From contig CANRID010000009.1 in assembly GCA_947630665.1 (NCBI GenBank), forward strand, positions 688-64,687: DNA of 64,000 bases, in the 5' to 3' direction. This DNA comes from an uncultured Bacteroidales bacterium. Lineage in GTDB: Bacteria > Bacteroidota > Bacteroidia > Bacteroidales > UBA932. A program made the position numbers and the translations under genes. Below the pieces are notes generated by a model that was not told the DNA's origin, did no database searches, and saw only the letters and a program-made list of their open reading frames with translations. Shown piece after piece: positions 1 to 9,663 of this stretch (position 1 is its first letter; each line of letters opens with the position of its first letter).

Positions 1-210
1 CCAGGCGCGGTTGAATTTTTCTACCGATTTTCGCAGCGCCAGCAGCCGTTGGCGGGCATCCTGAAGCTCATCTCCTTTTTTCAACGGGTTGTGCGGACTC
101 AGAATCAGACGCACGCAATCCACATCGCAATTTTCCAGTACGTACCGGGCGATGGCAATATGTCCTTTATGCAAAGGATTGAACGAACCGAAATAAAGGG
201 CGCAGCGCAT
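1..210 (-). CDS. nadD: nicotinate-nucleotide adenylyltransferase NadD, N-terminal ~70 codons (gene continues past left edge)
   Basis: Manual reverse translation from the ATG (complement of 208-210) gives MRCALYFGSFNPLHKGHIAIARYVLENCDVDCVRLILSPHNPLKK... It carries the GxFNPxHxGH nucleotidyltransferase motif. It lies directly downstream of gmk on the same strand. Confidence 0.8.
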   Translation of the reverse strand, partial: MRCALYFGSFNPLHKGHIAIARYVLENCDVDCVRLILSPHNPLKKGDELQDARQRLLALRKSVEKFNRAW

Positions 211-228
211 CCGGGTAAAAATAAATGA

Positions 229-840
229 TTATAAAGATACTGACAAACCGGTTGCAGCCTGCGGCCCGCAAAATTGCAGGATCGCTTTTTCGGCATCGCA
301 GAACGCTTTTTCCAGATCGTCATTTACGATGATCCGGTCGAATTTATCGGCATAGGTCAATTCTTCCACCGCCTTGAGGCATCTTTTTTCGATTGCTTCC
401 GGCAGGTCGGTACCCCGGCATATCAACCGTTCTCGCAATACTTCCACGGACGGCGGCTGGATAAACAGGGAGAGGGCATGGTCTCCGTACAATCGCTTTA
501 AGTTTACGCCTCCCTTGACATCTATATCGAATACGATTACATTTCCCTTGTTCCAGATTCTCTCCACTTCGCTGCGGAGCGTTCCATAATACATGCCTTC
601 GTACACCTGTTCATATTCGACGAACTCTCCGCGGCGGATTTTGTCCTCGAATTCCTCTTTCGTATAAAAATAATACTCCTTACCGTTTTGCTCCCGGCCT
701 CTGGGACTGCGCGAGGTGGCCGAGACGGAAAATTCCAAAAAAGGGAATTTTTGCAGCAAATGTCCTACGATAGTGCTTTTTCCGGCTCCCGACGGAGCGG
801 AAAATATGATCACCTTTCTATCCATATAACTCTTTTTCAT
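229..840 (-). CDS. gmk: guanylate kinase
   Basis: 203-aa ORF with P-loop SAPSGAGKST and SATSRSPRGREQNGKEYYF, typical of Gmk. An alternative ATG at 825 (MDRKVIIF) would reduce the overlap with the upstream gene to 8 nt. Confidence 0.93.
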   Translation of the reverse strand: MKKSYMDRKVIIFSAPSGAGKSTIVGHLLQKFPFLEFSVSATSRSPRGREQNGKEYYFYTKEEFEDKIRRGEFVEYEQVYEGMYYGTLRSEVERIWNKGNVIVFDIDVKGGVNLKRLYGDHALSLFIQPPSVEVLRERLICRGTDLPEAIEKRCLKAVEELTYADKFDRIIVNDDLEKAFCDAEKAILQFCGPQAATGLSVSL

Positions 841-1582
841 TTTCTATTTTGGAGAAATCCGTCAGGAAGTCTGCGATTTTTTCGATGCAGTCTTTCATAA
901 ACCGTTCTCCTTTTTCCGCTGAGGCTTCCTTGGGATCGCCCACTCCCGTATCCCGGGTCGTATAGATCCACCGGCGGGGCGTCCAAGCCCATTTTTCTTT
1001 GAATCCCCGGATTTTCATTTTGTTTTCCGCTCCGTCGCCCGCTTCTGAAAGCGGCAACACTAACTCCGGATGGAGGGCCATCATGGCAGAGGTTTCCAGC
1101 TCTCCCGCATGGTCGCCCTGCTGGCAGAAATACCGGTCTCCGTCGCATACCTGCCACCAGTTTATCGTACACATGATCATGCCGGGAAATTCCACCGAAA
1201 GTTCCCGGATCGCGGGCTGGAAATTATTTCCTCCGTGTGCATTGAGGATAACGAGCTTGTGGATGCCGTCCTTTATAAGTACCTGAATGACATCGTGCAA
1301 GATGATTTTCTGGGTGGAAGGATGCAGATTCATGCACAATTTGACATCCATCTGTCCGGAATTTCCCCCAAACGGAATGGTGGGAAGTACAATGCAGCGG
1401 GCTCCTTTTTCCCAGGCGAGTCCGGCCGATTTTAGAGCGACCTCGGAAGCCAGGAATGTGTCTGTCCCGTAAGGCAGATGCAAATTGTGCGCTTCCGTAC
1501 AGCCCCACGGAAGGACGGCTGTATCGTATTTGCGGTCTTTTGTTTCTTTCCAGTTGGTTTCTTGCAGATAATATGGATTCAT
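818..1582 (-). CDS. creatininase (creatinine amidohydrolase) family protein
   Basis: The ORF track gives 818-1606 from a TTG start; the first ATG is at 1582 (MNPYYLQETNW). The GCTEAHNLHLPYGTD metal-binding motif is typical of the creatininase family. It overlaps the gmk start, which suggests one operon. Confidence 0.8.
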   Translation of the reverse strand: MNPYYLQETNWKETKDRKYDTAVLPWGCTEAHNLHLPYGTDTFLASEVALKSAGLAWEKGARCIVLPTIPFGGNSGQMDVKLCMNLHPSTQKIILHDVIQVLIKDGIHKLVILNAHGGNNFQPAIRELSVEFPGMIMCTINWWQVCDGDRYFCQQGDHAGELETSAMMALHPELVLPLSEAGDGAENKMKIRGFKEKWAWTPRRWIYTTRDTGVGDPKEASAEKGERFMKDCIEKIADFLTDFSKIENEKELYG

Positions 1583-1637
1583 AGATGATATTTTTAAACT
1601 GGCCAAAATTAATCAAAATAATAAATAAAAAAACGAT

Positions 1638-1645
1638 TACTTTTG
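1638..1645 (+). promoter_or_regulatory. Bacteroidetes-type -7 promoter box (TACTTTTG) for fba
   Basis: Exact match to the TAnnTTTG consensus, about 110 nt upstream of the fba ATG. Confidence 0.5.
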
Positions 1646-1756
1646 CATAATTTTTGAAGTCAAATACAACTCATGGGAGGAAAACCGGGAATACGGTTCG
1701 CACTTTCCGGAGAATAGTTGTCAGTATTATTTATTTACGATATAAAAATTAAAGGA

Positions 1757-2743
1757 ATGATTTCTTACAAAGAATTAGGCTTAGTGAATACCAAAGAGAT
1801 GTTCGCTAAAGCGGTCAAGGGCGGATACGCTATCCCGGCTTTCAATTTTAACAATATGGAACAAATGCAGGCGATCCTGCAGGCTTGCGTGGCTACCAAA
1901 TCTCCCGTGATTCTCCAGGTTTCCAGCGGAGCCAGAAAATATGCCAATCAGACATTGTTGAGATACATGGCGCAAGGAGCGGTAGAATATGCAAAGGAAC
2001 TGGGATGCAATATCCCGATAGTTCTCCATTTGGACCACGGCGATTCCTTCGAGCTTTGCAAGTCCTGTGTCGATATGGGATTTTCTTCCGTCATGATTGA
2101 CGGGTCCCATCTGCCTTATGACGAAAACGTGGCGCTGACCCGTAAAGTGGTGGAGTATGCCCATAAGTACGATGTAACCGTGGAGGGAGAACTCGGCGTA
2201 CTGGCCGGAGTGGAAGACGATGTAAAGGCGGAGCATCATACCTATACTCAACCGGAAGAGGTAGAAGATTTCGTGAAGAAAACCGGAGTGGACTCCTTGG
2301 CTATTTCTATCGGGACTTCCCACGGGGCTTTCAAATTCAAACCGGGGCAGAAACCTGAAATACGCTTAGACATCCTGCATGAAATAGAAAAGAGGATCCC
2401 GGGATTCCCGATCGTCCTGCACGGTTCTTCCAGCGTTCCGCAGGATATCGTGGCGGAGATCAATCATTATGGTGGCAGGCTCAAGGATTCTATCGGGATT
2501 CCGGAAAACCAATTGAGGGAAGCCGCCAAGTCAGCCGTATGTAAAATCAATATCGACAGCGACGGACGGTTAGCCATGACGGCCGCTATCCGGCGGGTGT
2601 TTACCGAACATCCGGAAGAATTCGACCCGCGCAAATATCTGGGACCGGCCCGTGACAAGCTCAAGGAACTTTATATGCATAAAATCGTAAACGTTCTGGG
2701 CAGCAACGATAAAGCGGACTGCGGCTGCGAAGGGACTAAATAA
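1757..2743 (+). CDS. fbaA: class II fructose-1,6-bisphosphate aldolase
   Basis: MISYKELGLVNTKEMFAKAVKGGYAIPAFNFNN...LHLDHG...GELG is typical of class II FBA. The ATG at 1757 is preferred over the TTG at 1718 in the ORF track. Confidence 0.95.
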   Translation: MISYKELGLVNTKEMFAKAVKGGYAIPAFNFNNMEQMQAILQACVATKSPVILQVSSGARKYANQTLLRYMAQGAVEYAKELGCNIPIVLHLDHGDSFELCKSCVDMGFSSVMIDGSHLPYDENVALTRKVVEYAHKYDVTVEGELGVLAGVEDDVKAEHHTYTQPEEVEDFVKKTGVDSLAISIGTSHGAFKFKPGQKPEIRLDILHEIEKRIPGFPIVLHGSSSVPQDIVAEINHYGGRLKDSIGIPENQLREAAKSAVCKINIDSDGRLAMTAAIRRVFTEHPEEFDPRKYLGPARDKLKELYMHKIVNVLGSNDKADCGCEGTK

Positions 2744-2767
2744 CGGAATAGAGCCGTTGGGAAATAT

Positions 2768-2812
2768 CCGTCGGGAATCCGGTATAAAGCAGGGTCCCGA
2801 CGGTTTCTTTTT
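2768..2812 (+). terminator. intrinsic terminator after fba
   Basis: 9-bp perfect stem CCGTCGGGA (2768-2776) / TCCCGACGG (2795-2803) followed by TTTCTTTTTG. Confidence 0.6.
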
Positions 2813-3027
2813 GTCCCGCCTGGGTGCATCACCTCGTGCTGGAAATGCTCGTAACGGGTCAGCTTGCCGATGTTATTGCGGTGATGCTTTTGACTCTGGG
2901 CTGCCAGCGGCGTATAGTCGGTGTATTTCCGTATCTGATAGACCAGATGATACTCTTCGCTCCGGTTGCATTTTCCCGGCTGTATTCCCCGGCTGCCCCA
3001 GTCGTATTTTTCGGTTGTCTTGAAGAA

Positions 3028-3864
3028 TCAAGAGGAAAATTGCTTGTATATCAGCCAGAAAGACATTGCGAAAATGGCTGCGGCCACGCAGATTTTAATG
3101 AATTTGGCTCCTCCTTTTATGGAAGCGTAGGAGCCGGCCACCCCTCCGGCGATATTCCCGACAGCGTAAATCATCGCCACGGGCCAGTTGATTTGTCCGT
3201 ACCAGATGAAAACCGCTAAGGCGATGGGCGTATAGATCACTACGGCGAATTGCTTGATGGCGTTGGAGCGGAGCATATCCAATCCCAACATAAAGAAAGA
3301 TCCGAACATAATCAGCAATCCGACGCCGGCATGGGTAAATCCTCCGTAAATCCCGATAAGTACGAAGGCGGCGGCTTTCCAGCCGGTAAAAGGCTTGGTA
3401 TTTTCCGCTTGGCCGCCGGTATCGGCGGCAGTGCCGGAAGTTTTTTTACGGCTTCCGGTTATTTTTTTAGTATCGATGAAAAGCAATACCGCCATCACCG
3501 GCAGCAGGATGCCCATGATCACCTCTATGATGTGGGGGCGCAGGACAGCGGCCAGCTCGGCTCCAAGCAGCGCGCCGATGGCTACCGGGATGCCCACTTT
3601 GGTTCCGGTTTGCAGGTTCAGATAACCTTTCTTCTTGAATATGAACGAATTTACTACGAATTGGGACAAAACGCCGAAACGGGTGGTACCGTTGGCTACG
3701 TTGATAGGCATTCCCATCGCCATGAACAGGGCGTAGGAGATGGCGGTCGCCATTCCCGCTACCGTATTGACGAATCCCACTAAAAACCCCGTAAATATGA
3801 TAATGGACAGAATGCCGGGGCTGGACAAAGGGGCCGTATGCAGATATTCGATTAAATTTTCCAT
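3028..3864 (-). CDS. sulfite exporter TauE/SafE family membrane protein
   Basis: Polytopic hydrophobic protein with GFLVGFVNTVAGMATAISYALFMAMGMP and C-terminal-half repeats typical of TauE/SafE. The track ORF starts at a TTG at 3906; the first ATG is at 3864 (MENLIEYL). Confidence 0.8.
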   Translation of the reverse strand: MENLIEYLHTAPLSSPGILSIIIFTGFLVGFVNTVAGMATAISYALFMAMGMPINVANGTTRFGVLSQFVVNSFIFKKKGYLNLQTGTKVGIPVAIGALLGAELAAVLRPHIIEVIMGILLPVMAVLLFIDTKKITGSRKKTSGTAADTGGQAENTKPFTGWKAAAFVLIGIYGGFTHAGVGLLIMFGSFFMLGLDMLRSNAIKQFAVVIYTPIALAVFIWYGQINWPVAMIYAVGNIAGGVAGSYASIKGGAKFIKICVAAAIFAMSFWLIYKQFSS

Positions 3865-3965
3865 AAAAGGGTAATACGGTTCAGGACCGTTGTAAAAAAT
3901 ATGCAAATGTATAATATTTTTCTGTCATTTTGTCCAATCGCTTCCTTTGGCAAACATTTTGTTTT

Positions 3966-3973
3966 TATCTTTG
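3966..3973 (+). promoter_or_regulatory. -7 promoter box (TATCTTTG) for grpE-dnaJ
   Basis: Exact TAnnTTTG match, 30 nt upstream of the grpE ATG at 4003. Confidence 0.5.
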
Positions 3974-4002
3974 CAGCTTTCTGTCGGGAGCTGTGAATTA
4001 AA

Positions 4003-4731
4003 ATGGATTTTAGCGTTTTTAAAATGAAAAATAAAAAAAATGTGGAGAAGACTATGGACGATACTCAAAAAAAGGTAGATAACGGAAATGCCGGCGGACA
4101 CGGTGGAGAACAGTCCTGCGGCCGCAAGGGAGGCGGTGCGGGAAAAGGCGATGCCGGAAAGGAGACGGAATCGGCTCAGGTTCATGGAAACGGGAAGGAA
4201 GCCGTTCCGGAACAGGAGCGCCATACAAAGAACGGCCATGGAAAACATACCGATAGCGCCGGGGAAAAAGAGCCGGAACCTTCCCGGGAACAGGAGTTGG
4301 AGACAAAGCTGGCGGAGTCCAATGACAAATATCTCCGGTTGGCCGCAGAGTTCGACAATTATCGCAGAAGAGCGGCGAAAGAACGCCTGGAATTGATGGG
4401 TACGGCTTCCGAAGATGTAATCAAAGGTCTGCTGCCGGTGCTGGACGATTGCGAAAGGGCATTGGAAGTTTTGAAAAAATCCAATGACACCGAGGCAGCC
4501 AAAGAGGGGACCGGATTGATTTACAATAAATTGATGACTTTCCTTAAATCTAAGGGCCTTGAGTCCATCCAGGCGAAAGGCAAAGAACTCGATACCGATT
4601 TCCACGAAGCGGTGGCCCAGTTTCCGGTGGAAGAAGAGGACCGGAAAGGCCGGATCATCGACGTGGTTCAGCAAGGTTATACATTGAACGGGAAAGTGAT
4701 ACGCTATGCAAAAGTAGTGGTAGGAGTTTAA
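4003..4731 (+). CDS. grpE: nucleotide exchange factor GrpE
   Basis: LAESNDKYLRLAAEFDNYRRRAAKE...VIKGLLPVLDDCERAL is the GrpE core. It is preceded by a ~95-aa Gly/Lys/Glu-rich low-complexity N-terminus. Confidence 0.93.
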   Translation: MDFSVFKMKNKKNVEKTMDDTQKKVDNGNAGGHGGEQSCGRKGGGAGKGDAGKETESAQVHGNGKEAVPEQERHTKNGHGKHTDSAGEKEPEPSREQELETKLAESNDKYLRLAAEFDNYRRRAAKERLELMGTASEDVIKGLLPVLDDCERALEVLKKSNDTEAAKEGTGLIYNKLMTFLKSKGLESIQAKGKELDTDFHEAVAQFPVEEEDRKGRIIDVVQQGYTLNGKVIRYAKVVVGV

Positions 4732-4755
4732 TTGCGATTCATTTGGAAAGAAGAG

Positions 4756-5919
4756 ATGGCAAAGAGAGATTACTACGAGGTGCTGGGGGTCGGTAAGTCT
4801 GCCACGCCCGATGAAATAAAAAAGGCTTACAGGAAAATGGCGATCAAGTATCATCCGGATAAGAATCCGGGGGATAAAGATGCCGAAGAGAAATTTAAGG
4901 AGGCTGCGGAAGCGTACGACGTATTGAGCAATCCGGAGAAGAGGCAGCGTTACGATCAGTTCGGCCATGCCGGAGTGGGCGGTGCGGCTGGCGGGCCGGG
5001 AGGCTTCAGCGCCGGAGGATTCTCCATGGAGGATATATTCAGCCAGTTCGGCGATATTTTCGGAGGACATTTCGGCAGTGCGTTCGGCGGTTTCGGCGGC
5101 GGTCGTCAGGGCAGAGGCGCACGGGTGCAAAAAGGCAGCGATATCCGGATTCGGGTAAAATTTTCTCTGAAAGAGGTGATGCACGGGGTGGAAAAGAAGG
5201 TTAAAATCAATAAACTCGTGCAATGCCCCCAATGCAGTGGAAAGGGCGCCGTTTCGGATGCGGATGTGGTTACCTGCGATACTTGCCACGGTACAGGGGT
5301 CGTTTCAAAAGTAGTCCAGACCATGTTCGGGCAGATGCAGAGCCAGGGAGTGTGTCCTAAATGCAACGGCGAAGGAAAAATCATTGTCAAGCCGTGTCCT
5401 CGCTGCGGAGGTCAGGGTTTGGTAAAAGAATCGGAAGAAATATCCTTTAAGATTCCGGCGGGTGTGGCTCAAGGCATGCAGTTGACGGTGCAGGGGAAAG
5501 GTAATGCGGCCAAAAGCGGCGGAATCAACGGGGATTTGCTGGTGGTCGTAGAGGAAGAACCGGACAAGGAATTGCAAAGAGACGGCAATGATCTGATTTA
5601 TTCTTTGTTTATCAGCGTTCCGGATGCGATTTTAGGAACCAGCGCGGAAATACCGGCCGTAGATGGAAAGCTGCGGATCAAGATAGAGCCGGGTACGCAG
5701 TCGGGAAAGGTCTTGCGGCTCAGGGGCAAAGGGATCCCCGATATCAACGGTTACGGAACGGGAGACCTGTTGGTGTATGTCCAGGTATGGATTCCCAAAC
5801 ATCTTTCCGCTTCGGAAAAAGCGGAAATCGAGAAGTTGCGCGGCTCGTCCGGATTCGCTCCGCAGCCGACCAGGGAGGATCGGAATTTCTTCGACCGGAT
5901 CAAGCAGATGTTCAGCTGA
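4756..5919 (+). CDS. dnaJ: molecular chaperone DnaJ
   Basis: [12 protein letters not shown]...HPDKN J-domain, a G/F-rich region and four CxxCxGxG zinc-finger repeats. The ATG at 4756 is preferred over the TTG at 4732. Confidence 0.96.
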   Translation: MAKRDYYEVLGVGKSATPDEIKKAYRKMAIKYHPDKNPGDKDAEEKFKEAAEAYDVLSNPEKRQRYDQFGHAGVGGAAGGPGGFSAGGFSMEDIFSQFGDIFGGHFGSAFGGFGGGRQGRGARVQKGSDIRIRVKFSLKEVMHGVEKKVKINKLVQCPQCSGKGAVSDADVVTCDTCHGTGVVSKVVQTMFGQMQSQGVCPKCNGEGKIIVKPCPRCGGQGLVKESEEISFKIPAGVAQGMQLTVQGKGNAAKSGGINGDLLVVVEEEPDKELQRDGNDLIYSLFISVPDAILGTSAEIPAVDGKLRIKIEPGTQSGKVLRLRGKGIPDINGYGTGDLLVYVQVWIPKHLSASEKAEIEKLRGSSGFAPQPTREDRNFFDRIKQMFS

Positions 5920-5990
5920 TGGTTGATTTCCTTTAAAACATAACACGAGAGGGAACATGATAAAGGGCTGATAAAGGAGGAGTTGTAAAA

Positions 5991-7781
5991 ATGACTTATA
6001 TGTCGGTAACTTATAAAAGCAGGGCGCTGATGTCGATTGCATGGGCAGCCCTGTTCTTTTTTTATGCGCAGACAGTTTCCGCTGCCCGGCTTGCGGAAAT
6101 TTCGGATACGCTCGCCCAGACGGAAGCGGACAAAGGGAATTTCCGGTATCCGTTAGATGTAACGATGAATCTGTCGGGAAATTACGGGGAATTGAGAAGC
6201 AATCATTTTCACAGCGGAATCGATTTCCGGGTAGGCGGCGTGGTGGGCGCCCCCATTTTTGCGGCGGCTGACGGCTATGTTTCCAGGATTTCGGTTTCGC
6301 CTACCGGATACGGGAATGCCTTGTATATTACGCATCCCGACGGGCATACCACCGTATATGGCCACATGCTCCGGTTTGCGGACCGGATCCGGAAATATGT
6401 CCGGGACAGGCAATATGAAAACGAGGCTTTCGCGCTGGATGAGGAATTGGGGCCGGAGGTCTTTCCGGTAAAAAAAGGGGAGCAGATAGGCAATGCCGGC
6501 AATACGGGATCTTCCGGCGGTCCCCATCTGCATTTCGAGGTTCGGGAAACGGAGTCCGGACTGCCTCTGAATGTATTCGGCAGGGAATTCCTGACCATTC
6601 CGGATAAAACTTCTCCGGTATTCAACAAAGTGGCCTTTTACGGTTTTGAAGAGAAGTGGGGCGTGCCGTTTACCTATCTGATCGGCGAGCAATCCGAGAC
6701 GGCTGCCTACAAGCCTATGGGGTTTTCTTCAAAGACGGACATCGTGGAATTGCCGGCCTGTTCCTATGTGGCGGTCGATGCGGTGGACAAACAGGAGGAA
6801 ACGTATGCCAAGTTAGCCGTAAACGAATATAAAGTGTATTTGGATACATCCTTGGTTTTTGCGTTGGAAATAGGGGAGGTGCCTTTTGACAAGGGGCGTT
6901 ATATAAACAGCCTGATCGAATATTCTCAAAAGGTGAAATCGGGCAAATCGCTGATAAAAAGTTATGTGGAACCCGGAAATGATTTAAGCGACCATATCCG
7001 CTCCCGCAACGATGGGCTGATCGTCTTGAATGATACGCTGCCCCATCGGGTAAAGATAGAGGTGCTGGATATCGGGAAAAACAAATCCGTCCGCTCTTTT
7101 ACCGTCCGGCGCACGGATTCGCTTTTTGCGGCGGCCGTCCCGGATTCGCTGCCGGCAGGACCGTATATGGATTGGCATCTGGTCAATATCTATTCGGCGG
7201 GAGGGCTGGAGATAGTGATTCCTCCGCTGTCTCTTTACCGTCCCATTTATTTCCAGGCGGATACGTTGCCGGAGAGGATTACTCCTTATGCTCCGGTATG
7301 GAGAATCCATTCGGAAAAAGTGCCGCTCCATAAGCCGGCGGCCCTGTCTTTGAAAGCATCTGTTCCCGACAGCCTGGCATCCAAGGCGCTTTTGGCAAAG
7401 GTGGGCTGGAGAGGAAGACTGTCATCGGCCGGCGGAAAATATGAAAACGGAGCCGTAAGCGGCAGCATCGGGTCTTTCGGAGATTATACCGTGACGGTCG
7501 ATACCGAACCTCCGACGATTGTTTCGGGGGTCCGGAACAACGAGACGGTGAAAAAGAATGTAATTACGTTTATTATCCGGGATCGGCTGTCGGGATTAGG
7601 AAATTACCGGGTAGAAATGGACGGACACTGGGTATTGGCGGAATTCGATGCCAAGAGCAGCCGTCTGAGCGTTCCGTTGGAAGAGGCCCGGATTAAAAAA
7701 GGAATCAGGCACCAGCTGAAAGTGACTGTCCGGGATAATAAGGATAACGTTTCCGTTCTGAAACGGACTTTTATCTGGTGA
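5991..7781 (+). CDS. M23 family metallopeptidase (secreted)
   Basis: Signal-peptide-like N-terminus. M23 motifs HFHSGIDF and GNTGSSGGPHLHFEV. Confidence 0.88.
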   Translation: MTYMSVTYKSRALMSIAWAALFFFYAQTVSAARLAEISDTLAQTEADKGNFRYPLDVTMNLSGNYGELRSNHFHSGIDFRVGGVVGAPIFAAADGYVSRISVSPTGYGNALYITHPDGHTTVYGHMLRFADRIRKYVRDRQYENEAFALDEELGPEVFPVKKGEQIGNAGNTGSSGGPHLHFEVRETESGLPLNVFGREFLTIPDKTSPVFNKVAFYGFEEKWGVPFTYLIGEQSETAAYKPMGFSSKTDIVELPACSYVAVDAVDKQEETYAKLAVNEYKVYLDTSLVFALEIGEVPFDKGRYINSLIEYSQKVKSGKSLIKSYVEPGNDLSDHIRSRNDGLIVLNDTLPHRVKIEVLDIGKNKSVRSFTVRRTDSLFAAAVPDSLPAGPYMDWHLVNIYSAGGLEIVIPPLSLYRPIYFQADTLPERITPYAPVWRIHSEKVPLHKPAALSLKASVPDSLASKALLAKVGWRGRLSSAGGKYENGAVSGSIGSFGDYTVTVDTEPPTIVSGVRNNETVKKNVITFIIRDRLSGLGNYRVEMDGHWVLAEFDAKSSRLSVPLEEARIKKGIRHQLKVTVRDNKDNVSVLKRTFIW

Positions 7782-7816
7782 TGCCGCCTGGGAACGATAT
7801 TAATGTATAACTTGTT

Positions 7817-8959
7817 ATGACTGACTGCATTTCAACCGGGGAAAAACCGGACCTCTCCAAAGGGATACAGGTAATAGGGCTTATGTCGGGAACTTCCTTA
7901 GACGGTTTAGATATCTGTTTGGCGGAATTTAGATATGAAGGATCCGAATGGAAATATAAAATATTGCGGGCGGAGGACGAGCCGTATCCCGAGGATCTTA
8001 AGGCACGGCTGGCTACCGCACAATCCATGAGCGCGGCCGAATATGCGTTGTTGCATTCCGATTATGGCCTTTATTTAGGCCGGCGGGTAAAGGCGTTTAT
8101 GGACAGGAACGGCGCCAGAGTTCATCTGATCGCTTCTCACGGCCAGACGGTTTTCCATCAGCCCGGCAGGAGGTTTACGGCCCAGATCGGTTCCGGTGCG
8201 GGCATAGCGGCGGAAACGGGAGTGGATTGCGTATGCGATTTCCGGACGACGGACGTGGCTTTATACGGGCAGGGGGCTCCCTTAGTGCCTGTCGGGGACC
8301 GGCATTTGTTCCCCGATTTCGATTATTGTCTGAATCTGGGCGGGTTTTCGAATATTTCGTCCGAGTCTTATGTAACGGCTCCCGACGGTTCCCGCATCGC
8401 TACCCGCACGGCTTACGATATTTCTCCGGTGAATTACGTGTTGAATTATTATACCCGCACTGTCGGGAAGGAATATGATAAGGACGGGGAAATGGCCCGG
8501 TCCGGAAAAATCTGTCCGGAATTGCTCCGGCAGTTGAACGATCTCCCGTTTTATGCCCTGAATGGTCCCAAATCGCTGGGACGGGAATGGGTGGAGGAGG
8601 AAATTATTCCTCTGATGGACGCCGCCGAACAAAAGTACGGATTGTCTGTGGAAGATAAGCTGGCTACCTTTTGCGAACATGTTGCGATCCAGATTTCACG
8701 CCATATCTGCGGGGGACGGGTGCTGCTTACGGGCGGAGGCGCCTTGAACAAATATCTGGTGGAAAGGATGCAGGCGAAAGCGCCGCAGTGCGTGTATCAT
8801 ATTCCCGACAGGCAGACCGTTTGTTTTAAGGAAGCGCTGATTTTCGCTTTTTTGGGAGTCCTGTATATTACGGATCGTCCCAATTGCATGAGTTCGGTGA
8901 CGGGGGCGCGGTATGATTGTATCGGCGGAGCATTGTATAAAGCCGGGGGCGTAAAATAA
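7817..8959 (+). CDS. anmK: anhydro-N-acetylmuramic acid kinase
   Basis: GLMSGTSLDGLDI N-terminal motif and overall AnmK-like length (380 aa). Confidence 0.88.
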   Translation: MTDCISTGEKPDLSKGIQVIGLMSGTSLDGLDICLAEFRYEGSEWKYKILRAEDEPYPEDLKARLATAQSMSAAEYALLHSDYGLYLGRRVKAFMDRNGARVHLIASHGQTVFHQPGRRFTAQIGSGAGIAAETGVDCVCDFRTTDVALYGQGAPLVPVGDRHLFPDFDYCLNLGGFSNISSESYVTAPDGSRIATRTAYDISPVNYVLNYYTRTVGKEYDKDGEMARSGKICPELLRQLNDLPFYALNGPKSLGREWVEEEIIPLMDAAEQKYGLSVEDKLATFCEHVAIQISRHICGGRVLLTGGGALNKYLVERMQAKAPQCVYHIPDRQTVCFKEALIFAFLGVLYITDRPNCMSSVTGARYDCIGGALYKAGGVK

Positions 8960-8997
8960 ATTTTGTAAAAATAGTTTGTCGAATAAAAAAAAATTTC

Positions 8998-9005
8998 TAC
9001 TTTTG
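8998..9005 (+). promoter_or_regulatory. -7 promoter box (TACTTTTG) for rplS
   Basis: Exact TAnnTTTG match, 73 nt upstream of the rplS ATG. Confidence 0.5.
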
Positions 9006-9078
9006 CAATCCCAAAACGATATGGCAACCTCTTACGAATATTACGAATCGGTAACGTTGCATTTAAAATAGAAATTAG

Positions 9079-9459
9079 ATGGATTTAATAAAAGTTGCAG
9101 AACAGGCATTTGCAGGCGAAGCGAAAGTTTTCCCCGATTTTATAGCCGGCGACACCATTACGGTTACTTATAAAATCAAGGAGGAAAACAAAGAGAGATT
9201 GCAGAAATTCCGCGGCGTAGTGATTCAAAGACGCGGCACGGGTTCTACCCAGACTTTTACCGTACGGAAAATATCCGGCGGAGTGGGTGTAGAAAGAATA
9301 TTTCCGCTTTATTCGCCTTTTATCGGGGATATCGAAGTGAACAAGAAAGGTAAGGTACGCAGAGCCAGGATTTTCTATCTGAGAAATCTTACCGGTAAGA
9401 AAGCCCGTATTAAAGAGAGAACCTATATTGCAAAACCGGCTTCCGATAAAGAAGAATAG
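9079..9459 (+). CDS. rplS: 50S ribosomal protein L19
   Basis: [60 protein letters not shown] is canonical L19. Confidence 0.97.
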   Translation: MDLIKVAEQAFAGEAKVFPDFIAGDTITVTYKIKEENKERLQKFRGVVIQRRGTGSTQTFTVRKISGGVGVERIFPLYSPFIGDIEVNKKGKVRRARIFYLRNLTGKKARIKERTYIAKPASDKEE

Positions 9460-9484
9460 AATCCGGGTTTGCATCTTCTGTTTA

Positions 9485-9558
9485 GGCCCCGTAGCTCAAC
9501 TGAATAGAGCATTTGACTACGGATCAAAAGGTTACAGGTTTGAATCCTGTCGGGGTCA
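9485..9558 (+). tRNA. tRNA-Arg (anticodon ACG)
   Basis: Hand-folded cloverleaf: acceptor GGCCCCG/CGGGGTC, D arm GCTC...GAGC, anticodon stem TTTGA/TCAAA with loop CTACGGA, T arm ACAGG-TTTGAAT-CCTGT. Total 74 nt. Confidence 0.9.
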
Positions 9559-9600
9559 CTTACAATGAGGACTGTTTGACAAGTCCTGTGAAATTGAAAA

Positions 9601-9633
9601 TCACCCCTGTCGAATGAATTCCGGCAGGGGTGA
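9601..9633 (-). terminator. hairpin terminator between tRNA-Arg and the ROK kinase operon (possibly bidirectional)
   Basis: 9-bp stem TCACCCCTG / CAGGGGTGA. On the minus strand it is followed by ATTTTCAATTT. Confidence 0.5.
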
Positions 9634-9663
9634 AATCGTAAAATAGGTGGCGGTGCGCCGTCA

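Noticed and set aside
3925-5289. 454-aa ORF on the minus strand across grpE-dnaJ.
   Set aside because: It is antisense to two unmistakable chaperone genes. The translation is low-complexity (F/L/R/S/H-rich) with no recognisable motif, which is a typical shadow ORF in a moderately GC-rich gene.
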